Assembly (NCBI GenBank): GCA_963751345.1
Contig: CAVVUS010000018.1
Span: 289,366 to 353,365, forward strand
Source of the DNA: an uncultured Chloroflexia bacterium
GTDB taxonomy: Bacteria > Chloroflexota > Anaerolineae > B4-G1 > SLSP01
Direction: 5' to 3'
DNA: 64,000 nt
Numbering within the stretch: the first letter of the stretch is position 1; each line of letters starts with the position of its first letter. The notes under the pieces are model-generated. The model saw nothing but the letters and a program-made list of their open reading frames with translations, ran no database searches and was not told the DNA's origin. Shown one piece after another: positions 46,220 through 57,336 of the stretch. The translations under genes and the position numbers were made by a program.

Positions 46220-48127
46220 CGATGCATGGCACCAGCACTTCGTCGACCGGTCGCACGTCCTCCGGCCCTCGGGGCCGGGGTCCCATGGGCCGCGGCGGCC
46301 CTATGGCGATGATGAAAGGCGAGAAGCCGCGCGATTTCAAAGGTACGATGATCAAGTTGATCCAGTACCTCGGCTCCTACAGGGTCGCCATCGCAATCGT
46401 GATGGTTCTTGCGGCTGCCTCCACGATTTTCTCCATTGCCGGCCCCAAGATCCTGGGCAAGGCGACGACCAAGCTCTTTGAGGGCGTGCTAGGGCAGCTC
46501 GCAGGGACGGGTACCGGGGTTGATTTCGGTTACATCGGCAACATCCTGGGCCTTGTCCTCGCCCTATACCTGGCATCGTCCCTGCTGAGCTATATCCAGG
46601 GTTGGGTGATGTCCGGCGTTTCGGTAGATATCACCTATCGCTTCCGCAAAGATATCGCTTCCAAGATCAACCGTATGCCGCTGGGCTACTTCGATAACAC
46701 CAGCTACGGTGAGGTGCTCTCGCGGATCACGAACGATGTGGACACCGTCAGCCAGACCCTTAACCAGAGCCTGTCACAGATCATCACGTCTGTGACAACC
46801 GTGGTCGGCGTGCTGATCATGATGCTGACTATCAGTTGGCAGATGACGCTGGTGGCTTTGCTGATCGTGCCACTCTCGATGGTGGTCGTCATGCTGGTGA
46901 TCCGTCAGTCGCAGAAGTACTTCAAGCAGCAGCAGGACTTCCTCGGTCACGTGAATGGACACGTCGAGGAGATGTACGGCGGGCACATCGTGATGAAGGC
47001 CTTCAACGGCGAAGCCAGGAGCGTGGAGCAGTTCGATGGATTGAACACTACGCTATATAGCTCTGCTTGGAAATCCCAGTTCCTGTCCGGCCTGATGATG
47101 CCGATTATGACCTTCGTCGGGCAACCTGGGTTACGTTGGCATCTCCATTCTGGGCGGCTACCTGGCTATCAAGCAAGCCGTTACGGTTGGCGATATTCAG
47201 GCGTTCATCCAATACGTGCGCTCGTTCACCCAGCCTATCACGCAGATCGCCAATATTTCCAACATTCTGCAGCAGACCGCGGCCTCCGCCGAGCGTGTGT
47301 TCGAGTTCCTGGATGAGACCGAGGAAACGCCGGATGTGGAGATGCCTCTCGCGGTTGACGATGTCTCGGGTCGCGTGGAATTCAAGGACGTGCGCTTCGG
47401 CTACACGCCCGACAAGATCGTCATCAACGATTTCGACGCCGTCATTATGCCGGGGCAGCGCATCGCCATCGTCGGTCCGACCGGAGCCGGAAAGACCACG
47501 ATGGTCAAACTGCTGATGCGTTTCTACGACGTGACCGGTGGTGCAATCCTGGTAGATGGCCACGATATCCGAGACTTTGCGCGGCACGACCTGCGTCAGA
47601 TCTTTGCTATGGTCCTTCAAGACACGTGGCTCTACAACGATACGATCCTGGAGAACATCCGCTACGGTCGATCCGGCGCCAGTGACGACGAAGTTTTCCG
47701 GGCCGCTCGGGCTGCCCAGGTGGACCACTTTGTGCGTACCCTGCCGGAAGGCTACGACACCGTTCTCAACGAAGAGGCCAGCAACATCTCCCAAGGCCAG
47801 AAGCAGCTCTTGACGATTGCGCGGGCCGTGTTGGCCGACCCCAAAATCCTGATCCTCGACGAGGCCACCAGCTCGGTGGATACCCGGACCGAGGTGCTGA
47901 TCCAGAAGGCGATGGACACCCTCTTGGAGGGTCGCACCAGTTTCATCATCGCTCATCGCCTGTCCACCATTCGTGATGCCGACTGGATTCTGGTGATGAA
48001 CCACGGCGACATCGTCGAACAAGGCAAGCACGCGGACCTTCTGGACCAGGGCGGCTTCTATGCTGAGCTATACAACAGCCAGTTTGAGAACCTGCAGATG
48101 GTGGAGTCAGAGGTACCGGTTCTCTGA
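46216..48127 (+). CDS. ABC exporter ATP-binding/permease subunit (half 2), +1 frameshift near 47120
   Basis: ATGA coupling; reading restored as FVGNLGYV; GPTGAGKT, ISQGQKQ, LDEATSSVD, IAHRL. Confidence 0.92.
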
Positions 48128-48331
48128 AAGACGAGAGCGCCCCAGGGCCATCCACCCGGCCTCTGGGGCGTTCTCCACGTTGGCCTGATCCATCCAGGCG
48201 TGCGTATCGAAGCTCGATCCCGCGTGTATCAATAGTAGGCTGTCTGGTGCCGGGATTGGCTCAGCCCTAGCAGCCGCAACTCACCCGGTGATTCTGTCTT
48301 TCCCTATCGCTGACACCATCGAGGTGGATTC

Positions 48332-49738
48332 ATGGCAGATCAGGATCGTGCTTCCCAGACCCGTGCCCCCAAGCTCACAGTCTGGCGAAAGCTGGCCTAT
48401 GGCATCGGTGACTTCGGCAACTCCGTCGGGCCCGGAACGATCATCCCGTTCTGGTACAGCTTCTTCCTAACGGACATCGTCCGTCTGGACCTGCGGTTAG
48501 TAAGCCTCTTCTGGGTCATCGTGACGTTTTGGGACGCCCTGAACGATCCGCTCTTCGGTTTCCTTTCGGATCGAACGCGGACACGCTGGGGACGACGGCG
48601 GCCCTACCTGCTCTTTGGTGCCGTCCCTTTCGGGCTATTCTTCGCGCTGCTGTGGGTCATACCGGCGACTCAGAACCAGACGTTGCTCTTCCTGTACTAC
48701 ACAGGCATCTACATCCTCTATGAGGGCGCCTTCACCGCGGTCAGTTGTCCGTACGTGGCGTTGGCCCCTGAACTGACCGACGATCACGATGAGCGCACGT
48801 CACTCATCACCTACAGGATGGCTGTCTCTATTGGGGGAGGGCTGGCAGCACCGCTCCTGCTCGGTCTGGTCATCTTTCCGATGTTCCCGGCGCGGGATCC
48901 TGGGGCCTATCAGACCATCGGCTACGCCAGTGGTGTGGCGTTCATCCTGCCGCTGCTGATCACGTTCTTCACGACCCGGGAACGAAGCGATTTCCAGGCT
49001 GCGGATCCCTTGCCGCTTCGTGAATCGATTGGCTACGTCCGCCGCAACCGTGCTTTCCGCTACACGGTCGCGCTAAAGCTGTTGAGCTGGATCCCGGTCG
49101 TGATCGTGCAGGCAGTCTTTGCCTACTACCTGACCTACTGGACCGGTATGACCGAAGATGAGGCATCCATTGTCCAGGGCACTATCCTTGCTGCGGCTTT
49201 CCTTCTGCTTCCGGTCATCGTCTATCTCTCTCGGCGGTTTGAGAAGCGTCAGGCCTATGTCATTAGTGCGATGACGTGGATCGTCGTGATGTTGGCCATT
49301 TTCTTCGTGCCACAGGGGGCTAAGGTGCCGGTCTACATTCTCGGAGCACTGGCCGGGTTTGGAGTGTCCGCAGCGCACGTGATCCCGTCGGCCATGGTGC
49401 CCGACGTGATGGAAGTTGATGAGCTGATGAGTGGACATCGCCAGGAAGGCGCCTATGCCGGCATCATGGTCTTTATCGACAAACTGGCACGGATGGTCGC
49501 GTTGGGGCTCCTGCCGATGGCCTTGCGGTGGGCTCACTACGTTCAGCCGACCGCGGCAACCCCAATCCCCGCCCAGCCGGCCTCGGCGCTGATGGCTCTG
49601 CGCCTCTGCGTCTCTATTGTCCCCGCCATCCTGCTGATCCTCTCCGTTCTCGTCGCACGCTCGCATCCAGTCACGCGGGCACATTATGCTGAAATCCAGC
49701 GGGTCTTGGTCGAACGACGCGCGCAAAGGCAGCTGTAA
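48332..49738 (+). CDS. MFS glycoside-pentoside-hexuronide (GPH/MelB-like) symporter
   Basis: KLAYGIGDFG, WDALNDP..GFLSDRTRTRWGRRRPY, PELTDDHDER, RQEGAYAG. Confidence 0.93.
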   Translation: MADQDRASQTRAPKLTVWRKLAYGIGDFGNSVGPGTIIPFWYSFFLTDIVRLDLRLVSLFWVIVTFWDALNDPLFGFLSDRTRTRWGRRRPYLLFGAVPFGLFFALLWVIPATQNQTLLFLYYTGIYILYEGAFTAVSCPYVALAPELTDDHDERTSLITYRMAVSIGGGLAAPLLLGLVIFPMFPARDPGAYQTIGYASGVAFILPLLITFFTTRERSDFQAADPLPLRESIGYVRRNRAFRYTVALKLLSWIPVVIVQAVFAYYLTYWTGMTEDEASIVQGTILAAAFLLLPVIVYLSRRFEKRQAYVISAMTWIVVMLAIFFVPQGAKVPVYILGALAGFGVSAAHVIPSAMVPDVMEVDELMSGHRQEGAYAGIMVFIDKLARMVALGLLPMALRWAHYVQPTAATPIPAQPASALMALRLCVSIVPAILLILSVLVARSHPVTRAHYAEIQRVLVERRAQRQL

Positions 49739-49768
49739 GGGGCTGACGCCTGCTGCGCGGGAGAAGGG

Positions 49769-49825
49769 TTGTCCGTTTATCGATCGTATGTATACTGACC
49801 CCGGTCAATATTGACCGGGGTCAGT
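49769..49825 (+). promoter_or_regulatory. Promoter overlapped by a 32-bp perfect palindrome (double TetR-type operator)
   Basis: TTGTCC-16-TATACT; ACTGACCCCGGTCAAT|ATTGACCGGGGTCAGT at 49794-49825. Confidence 0.78.
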
Positions 49826-49857
49826 GAACGTTAGAGGCGCCGTATAAGGACATTGCC

Positions 49858-50487
49858 TTGATCGAGACGGACACAACCGAAGCTCAGTCGCGTTGGGATC
49901 GCCGAAGGGAACAGACGCATCGTCGTCTGTTGGCAGCCGCGGAACGACTCTTCGGAACACAGGGATTCGACGCGACGACCGTGGAGGAGATCGCGGACGC
50001 GGCAGATGTCGCAAAAGGTACCTTTTTCAACTACTTCAGCAGCAAAGAAGCCCTTCTAGGGGAACTCCTCTATCGTCGCATCGAACCTCTCCTGTCGGCA
50101 TTGCCTGCGGGCGATGCAACCGCGGTCGAGCGGATTTGGATGCTATTGGCGGGGATCCGGCGTGAATTGACCCCCTATGTGCATCTCTACCAGCGAATGT
50201 TCGCCTATGCGATAGCCCACCCTCCTCTGCAGACGCCCTCCGGCAACCACGTTATGCTCGCCCAAGCGGTGGCTCAGTTGGTGCGTGAGGGACAGACGGA
50301 GGGGCTCTTTCGGTCTGATTTCGATGCCGAAATCGCCGGCACATTGATTGCCACCTATTTCCTGCGAATCTCCGTCATCGAGAGTGTGGGCGCCCAAGAC
50401 GCTGGGACCTCCTGGGAGGATCAGATGCGCGCCGCCCTGGCCATCGTCTGCGCTGGGCTGTATCCGTCCGGTAGAAGCGTATTTTAA
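49858..50487 (+). CDS. TetR/AcrR family transcriptional regulator
   Basis: LLAAAERLF..GFDATTVEEIADAADVAKGTFFNYFSSKE. Confidence 0.95.
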   Translation: MIETDTTEAQSRWDRRREQTHRRLLAAAERLFGTQGFDATTVEEIADAADVAKGTFFNYFSSKEALLGELLYRRIEPLLSALPAGDATAVERIWMLLAGIRRELTPYVHLYQRMFAYAIAHPPLQTPSGNHVMLAQAVAQLVREGQTEGLFRSDFDAEIAGTLIATYFLRISVIESVGAQDAGTSWEDQMRAALAIVCAGLYPSGRSVF

Positions 50488-50494
50488 CCATATC

Positions 50495-50523
50495 TTGACA
50501 GTAGTAGATACCTATGGTACTCT
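50495..50523 (+). promoter_or_regulatory. Sigma70-type promoter for the roadblock-V4R-REC operon
   Basis: TTGACA-17-TACTCT with extended TG. Confidence 0.65.
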
Positions 50524-50639
50524 TTCAATGAAGTCACAATTTGTCGGTGCAGGCTCTTACCACAACAGGGTCTGCATTCTCTGCATCTGAAGGTTCTCCA
50601 GACACCCAGGGCAAGATCCACTAACGGAGGGCTGAGGCA

Positions 50640-51014
50640 ATGGCAAGCAGGTCTCGAAACGAACACATGACCGAGCGACTGCGGGAACTCCAAGTAAGCA
50701 GTCCCGATGTTGAGGCTGCCGCGATTATCAGCGTTGACGGACTCCCTATAGCTACCTCGCTGCCGCAAGGGGTAGAGGAGGATCGGGTATCCGCGATGTC
50801 CGCCGCGATGCTCTCTCTCGGTGAACGAATCGCCAGTGAGCTCGGACGCGGGCTATTGGATGAGGTCTACGTCCGAGGCGAGAGAGGCTATGTCATCCTC
50901 CGCGCGGTGGGGGAAGAGGCCGTGCTCACGGTACTTGCACGGCACCAAGCCAAGCTGGGGCTTCTCTTCTTGGACATGCGGCGCGCTGCTGACGAGTTTG
51001 CGACGATCCTGTAG
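50640..51014 (+). CDS. Roadblock/LC7 (MglB-like) domain protein
   Basis: AAIISVDGLPIA, DRVSAMSAAMLSLGERIASELGRG, VRGERGYVIL, AKLGLLFLD. Confidence 0.92.
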   Translation: MASRSRNEHMTERLRELQVSSPDVEAAAIISVDGLPIATSLPQGVEEDRVSAMSAAMLSLGERIASELGRGLLDEVYVRGERGYVILRAVGEEAVLTVLARHQAKLGLLFLDMRRAADEFATIL

Positions 51015-51051
51015 GCCTCGTCTGAGAGGCATCGCCTGACGGAGGTCAATC

Positions 51052-51690
51052 TTGGCAGAATCTCCTGAACCCAGCGGACTTTTCTATCCCAATCGTTTTG
51101 GGTTGATCCTTTTCGATGCCCTAGCGGAGATCATGGGGCGCAATGGCCTCAACGCGATTCTGAATATGGCCGGGCTGTCGCAATTCATTGGTAATCTCCC
51201 CCCCGACGTTATGGATAAGGGCTTCGATTTCGCTTACATCTCCGCTCTCAATCGCGCGCTCGAGGAGATGTATGGGCCACGGGGCGGTCGGGGTCTGCAG
51301 CTGCGGCTCGGCCGCGTGCTCTTCGCCCAGGGTCTCGCCAATTTCGGTGCGTTGGTGGGGGCCAGCGACTTGGCTTTCAAGGTATTGCCACTCCAGGCAA
51401 AGGTGAAGGCGGGGCTTCCGGCCGTCGCGAAGGTCTTCGACTCGCTTAGCGACCAGACCTCCTACGTTCGCAATCCCGCCGGTGAGCATTATCATTACGT
51501 TATCGAGCGATGCTCGATGTGTTGGGGTCGGGACGTTGAGCGTCCGGGGGGGTTCATTGCCGCGGGGATCATTGAAGAGGCCCTCCGTTGGATTAGCGGT
51601 GGTCGGACATTCCGCGTCGATCAAGTTTCCTGCATAGGGATGGGGCACGACAATTGTACCTTCCAGGTCTACAAAGAGCCCATTGGGTAG
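51052..51690 (+). CDS. V4R (4-vinyl reductase) domain protein
   Basis: YPNRFG, EIMGRNGLNAIL, YGPRGGRG, CSMCWG, CIGMGHDNCTF; TTG start with GGAGG. Confidence 0.88.
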   Translation: MAESPEPSGLFYPNRFGLILFDALAEIMGRNGLNAILNMAGLSQFIGNLPPDVMDKGFDFAYISALNRALEEMYGPRGGRGLQLRLGRVLFAQGLANFGALVGASDLAFKVLPLQAKVKAGLPAVAKVFDSLSDQTSYVRNPAGEHYHYVIERCSMCWGRDVERPGGFIAAGIIEEALRWISGGRTFRVDQVSCIGMGHDNCTFQVYKEPIG

Positions 51691-51733
51691 GGTTTCCCCG
51701 TCGGCACATCAGGGAGTGAGCGAAAAGGTGAGT

Positions 51734-52651
51734 ATGGGAATATCCGACGTTTCTCCGCAGGGCGTCGTGGCCGAGGATGACCACGAAGATGTGTGCCACA
51801 TTCTCATCGTCGAGGACGAAGTCAGCACGGCGGAGATGTTGACGGCTTACTTCTCCTCCCTGGGATACCAGGTCTCCCACGCGGGCTGGGGAAACGATGC
51901 GGTCAAGATGGCGACGAGGATCCAGCCGGATCTCGTGGTTCTGGACATCCACCTGCCGGATATTGATGGCTACGAAGTGTGTGCTCGACTTCGCAGCCAG
52001 CCTCGAACCGAACATACGCCCGTCATTTTTCTGACCGAGCGCCGGGAGCGGGTCGACCGACTGACGGGACTGGAGCTGGGTGCTGTCGATTACATCACCA
52101 AGCCGTTCGATGTGCAGGAACTGCGCTTTCGCGTCCGGAACGCATTGCGTCGCAGCAATCGAGAGACGCTGCTGCACCCTATCACCGGACTTCCGACGAC
52201 ACTCCTGATCGAAGAGGAGGTCGAGCGTGTCGCCAAGGAGCCTCGGCTCGCCATGATTGGGGTCGTCATCAACGGCATGCCCGAGTTTAGCGATGCCTAT
52301 GGGTTTCTCACCCACGACGATGTCCTGAGGGCGGTGGCCCTGATCCTGCGCAACACGGCGACTGAGTCTATGGGTGCGGAGCTCTTTGTCGGCCAACTTG
52401 ATATTTATCAGTACTTGATCGTGGCTCCTGCCGGGCAGGATGCCTATGTCACGATCGGCCGCCTGGACCAGCGGTTGAAGGAGGCCGTTTCCTTCTTCTA
52501 TCCCCATCGGGATTGGGAACGCGGGACCCGCAGCGATGGCTCCGAGATTCCCCGGTTGAGTTTCGACATTAGGTTGGTGGATGCGTCTGCCTTCACCCAG
52601 CCCGGCGGCCTCACCGAATTGAGGCAGGCTCTCGATTCGCCCGAAGTCTGA
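51734..52651 (+). CDS. Response regulator with degenerate GGDEF-like output domain
   Basis: REC: IVEDE, LDIHLPDIDG, FLT, DYITKPF; output HPITGLP, DAYGF..DDVL, with GQLDIYQY in place of GGDEF. Confidence 0.85.
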   Translation: MGISDVSPQGVVAEDDHEDVCHILIVEDEVSTAEMLTAYFSSLGYQVSHAGWGNDAVKMATRIQPDLVVLDIHLPDIDGYEVCARLRSQPRTEHTPVIFLTERRERVDRLTGLELGAVDYITKPFDVQELRFRVRNALRRSNRETLLHPITGLPTTLLIEEEVERVAKEPRLAMIGVVINGMPEFSDAYGFLTHDDVLRAVALILRNTATESMGAELFVGQLDIYQYLIVAPAGQDAYVTIGRLDQRLKEAVSFFYPHRDWERGTRSDGSEIPRLSFDIRLVDASAFTQPGGLTELRQALDSPEV

Positions 52652-52870
52652 CTGTTCCAGGTAGGGCCGCAGCCGATATAATGGGGCCGTGTCTCGACAC
52701 GGCCCTTGTCCTTTGCCACTCCTGTTGCCGAATGCCCATTGCGTGATAGGATGGCGTCGTGTACCCCTTGAACCCTCATCACAGCGGCAGCCACGGCTGT
52801 CAGGACCACGCCTGTGAAGGCTATCACGGCAGAGCCAATGACGGCGAGCTCGGAGCGAATGGAGATGACC

Positions 52871-55800
52871 ATGCGACGGGGCTGGCGTGACTGGTTCTGC
52901 ATAGGGCTCTTGCTTCTCTTCCCATTGCTGCTCTTTGCGCCCGTTTCCGTGGGCAACAAGACGCTGCTCCCTGTCGATGCGCTCTATAGTGCCGAGCCCT
53001 TCCAGGCCGCTGCGGATGCGATGGGAGTGGATGGCGCCCAGAACCCCCTGCTTTCCGACTTGGTCCTGGAGAATTACCCATGGAAGCAATTCCTGGTTGA
53101 GACGGCGAAGTCTCGCACGTTGCCGCTCTGGGATCCCAACCTCTTTGCGGGCCATCCATTTCTGGCCAACGGTCAGCATTCGGCGCTCTATCCACTCACG
53201 TGGCTTTTCTTTGTGATCCCGGCCCCTCGGGCTTTTGGTGTCTTCATCGTCGTTCAACTTGGACTTGCCGGCGTGTGGATGTATGTCCTCGGGCGCGTGA
53301 TCGGCGCCGGCAGGGCCGGTGCCCTGATCGCGGGCACGGTGTTTGAGCTCAGCGGATTCATGGCGGTCTCGGTGGTTCATCCCATGATCATCGCAGGCGC
53401 ATCCTGGTTGCCTCTGCTGCTAGCGCTGATTGAGCTCACCATCACCCGACGTCGCTTCTGGGTACAGAAGCGCGCCATGTTGCCGTGGGCGCTGCTTGGA
53501 GCCGTGGCGTTGGGACTGCAGACGCTGGCCGGCCATGCGGAGATCACGTACTTCGTTCTCCTGGTATCGGCGTCCTTCGCGGGGTGGCGCCTGTTGCATC
53601 GGGTGCTGACCACGCCTCGAATGGAGTGGCGGGCCGAGGTGTTGAGTCCTGTCTTCGGGGTAATGCTGATCCTGGGACTGGGCCTCGTTCTGGGCTCGGT
53701 CCAACTCATCCCTCTCTACGAGGTCGCGCGTGCCAGCTTCCGGCAGGATGCCGTCACACTGCATGACGTGCTGGGGTGGGCCTATCCCAAGCGCCGGCTG
53801 ATCGCGTTCCTCATCCCGAACTTCTTCGGAAACCCCACTCACCGGACGGTCGTGGATGTCTTCAGCGGTCAGACAATTCGCGCCGCCCAGAACGCCTATG
53901 GTGAGGCCGTGACCTCCTTCGACTGGGGGCTCAAGAACTACGTCGAGGGGGGCGCCTATCTGGGTATCCTGCCCCTCCTGCTCGCCGCAGTCGCCATCCT
54001 GCGCCCGCCTGGGTTAGCTGGAAAGACGCGGGCACGATTATCCCTCTCGCTCGTCCGGCGTGTGCGGGCCGCTTTGGCGGTCTGGATTCGCGAGCCCTAC
54101 GTCCCGTTCTTTGCGGCGCTCTCGCTCTTCTCCCTGGCTTGCATCTTCGGCACGCCACTCTATGCCCTCGTCTACGCGCTGCCCTTTCTTAACCAATCGC
54201 ACTCCCCCTTCCGCTGGGTCTTTCCACTCACGGTGGCGGTCTCCGCTCTGGCGGGCCTCGGCGTGCGATCAGTGAGCCGGCAAGAGCGCAGATTGTCGGA
54301 TGACGGGAGCATCCGTGCAATCCCTGAAATCCGACCGCGTCCGAGTGGCAGGGTCCGTGACTCAGACACCCGACGTGGTCAGTGTGCTCGGCGCGATCGC
54401 TATCTGGGGAGGGCTGGCCGTAGGAGCCGGCGTCCTTACGAGCTGGCTGGTCTTCGATCGGATCGAGCCATGGGTGACACGCGCTTTCTTGTCGTTGGCA
54501 AATGCCGCCAATGCCTTTCCGGATGCGCGGACGTTCTATAGTTATCTCGTGCCCTGGGTGTTGAGCTTCGCTGCGTTCCTGCTGGCCGGTGGGATCGTCT
54601 TGCGGGTTTCGCGGCGCCCGATCCGGCTGCCCAAGGTGCTGGGGTGGGTCCCTGTCTGGGAGGTCCTGGCGGTCGTCGTGGTCCTGGTCGATCTGCTAGC
54701 CTTCGGCGCCGGATTCAACCCCGCGGTCGACCCCGCGCTGCTGAATTACCGTCCGCCTGTGGTAGATTTCCTGAAGCAGGACACCGGCCTCTGGCGCTTC
54801 TCCACGTTTGACCCGCACGGGCGGAATACGTTCGGGGCGAATCTCGGGATGTTCTATGGGTTCCAGGACGTCCGCGGGTACGACAGCCTATTCTCCGCGC
54901 AGTATGCCCGCTATATGGGATGGATCGAACCCCAGGACCAGCTCCCGTACAACCGCATCGCGCCCTTCCGGGAGTTTTCGAGTTTGGATAGCCCGCTCAC
55001 AGACATGCTGAACGTGAGGTACATCATCACCGAGGAAGAGATTCCTCTGCCCAAGTATCGTCAGGTGTATCAGGATGGCGCGGTGCGCGTCTATGAGAAC
55101 CTTGGCGTGGTCCCGCGGGTGTTCACGCTCCCGCTCACGACAACCGTCACCGTTCCCGACGTGGCGGCGGTGGGCGCTGCCGTGATGTCCTATGACCCGC
55201 GCTACTACGCCATTGTCGAGACGGATGGCGCGGGGTGGACGGGGCCGTCCACTGCCGCCCCGCCGTCCTCCGATGTCGCAGCTCAGGTTGGCACGCCGAT
55301 TGCCCAGCCCGTCACTACTTACGGTGCCAATGAGGTCGAGGTCGACGCGATCGTCGACACGCCGAGCTGGCTGATCCTGACCGACAGCTTTGCGCCGGGC
55401 TGGAAGGCCTTCACGCGGCCGATCGGCGCGGGGCAGGATCAGGAGACCGAGGTGCCCATCGCCCGCGTCGCGGGCAACTTCCGCGGCGTGCAGTTGGATC
55501 AGAGCGGAACCGTGCGCTTCAAGTACACGCCCAACAGCGTCAAGTTCGGGGCCTTTGCCTCCTTCCTCGGGGGGATGATCCTGCTCTTCCTGGCGGTTGT
55601 CTGGACGTGGCGTCTCATTTACCGGGAGCGCGACGACCGGAGCACAATTCAGCGGCTGGCCAAGAATAGCATTGTCCCGATTTTGCTGACCTTGTTTAAC
55701 CGTGCGGTGGACTTCGCCTTCGCCGCCTTGATGTTGCGGATCCTTGGACCTTCGAGTGCCGGAGACTATTACTACGCCACCAAGATCTTCATCTGGTTTG

Positions 55801-57161
55801 ACATCCTTACGAACTTCGGCCTCAACACCTATCTCACACGCGAGGTCTCACGTGATCGGGCTCATGCCCGGCGCTATCTCCTCAATACAACGCTGATCCG
55901 CTTGGGTCTCAGCATTGCTGCGGTCCCGGTCCTGCTGGGATTCCTTGTCGGGCGTCAGACGATCATCGCAAGTATCACGTCGCCCGCATCCTCCCAGGTC
56001 GTGCTGGCCGTTATCCTGCTCTACGTCGGTCTGGTACCGAGTTCGATCTCGACCGGTCTGACGGCGCTGTTCTATGCCTTTGAGAAGGCCGAGCACCCCG
56101 CCGCGATCACCAGCGTGACGACGATGGTCAAGGTGACCGTGCAGACGTTGGCGCTCGTGTTGGGATGGGGCATCATTGGACTGGCCGGGGCCTCTATCTT
56201 CGTGAATGTGATCACGCTTACGATTCTGGGCGTTCTGGCTTGGCGTCTTTTCCCGGCGCTGCGCCGTCCTCCGGCAGATACGGTCCCGCTTCGATCTGTC
56301 GAAGCGCGGCATCTCCGGCGTGAGATGATCCGGGCATCGTGGCCCTTGATGCTAAACCATCTTCTGGCTACCCTCTTTTTCACCGTTGACATCTTCTTGA
56401 TGGAGCCGATTCTCGGACCTGAGGCGGTGGGGTACTACAGCATTGGGGGCAAGCTGGTGGACGCGCTGATGGTCATCCCGTCGATGTTCACGATGGCGCT
56501 CTTTCCCGTGATTTCTCGGCAGGCGCATGGCGACCGGGAGGCCATGACCCGCTTCTACCGGCTCGGTACCAAGATCCTTGTCCTTCTGGCTTTGCCGGCG
56601 GCCCTTATCTCGACGGTAGCAGCCAGGGAGATGGTGTTGCTGCTTGGTGGCGCCCAATATCTCCCCGGTGCCGTTAGGTCGCTGCAGATCATGGCATGGT
56701 TGATGCCTATCAGTTGGATCAATGGGATCACCCAATATGTGTTGATCGCATTGGATAGACAGCGGTATCTGACGCGCGCCTATGCCCTGGGGTTTGGCTT
56801 CTCCCTGGTTGCCAACTTGCTGATTATGCCTCGACTGGGCTACCAAAGCTCGGCCGCGCTTCACGTTCTCTCCGAGATCGTCCTGTTCGTCCCCTTCTAC
56901 ATTGGGGTGCGGCGTTATCTGGGCGATGTCGGCTGGCGCCAAATACTGCTCAAGCCCTTGCTTGCGGCCGGGATTAGCGGCGGGTGCGCGATGGTTCTGG
57001 CGTCAAAGGTCGGGCCGGCGGCGGGGCTTGCCGCCGTAGTACTGATCTATCCGCTGCTCATCCTGGCACTCCAGGCGTTTACACCGGACGAGCGTGCTCT
57101 CCTGGCGCCTCTGGTCAGTCGTCGTGATGCTGCAACTTCGAACCTTGCGAAGGTTTCCTAA
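52871..57161 (+). CDS. Fused YfhO-like (GT-C-type) membrane protein / Wzx-type (MOP) oligosaccharide flippase, +1 frameshift between ~54260 and 54370
   Basis: YfhO-like motifs PLWDPNLFAGHPFLAN, YPL, QLIP, YLG, PFRW, GYDS, LNVRY, VYEN, D.FAPGWKA; then flippase RLAKN, RILGP, NFGLNTYLTREVSR, AVGYYS. Confidence 0.82.
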
Positions 57162-57175
57162 CCTTCGCAAGGTTC
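57141..57175. repeat. REP-like palindrome (AACCTTGCGAAGGTT / AACCTTCGCAAGGTT) overlapping the flippase stop
   Basis: Same unit as 32249-32283 with the halves in reverse order. Confidence 0.75.
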
Positions 57176-57336
57176 GTCCTCTGGTTGCTAGGGGGCTTGT
57201 CCGGCGGGAGCGTAAGGTATAATGTTGGATTGACAACGTCGTGATCCGGCGTCCACCGAGGTCTTCGGTCTGCGCAGTCCGTAGTTTGGTCAGCAGTATG
57301 CAGTGACGTCGACGGCACACGGAGGTGAGGCTAAAA

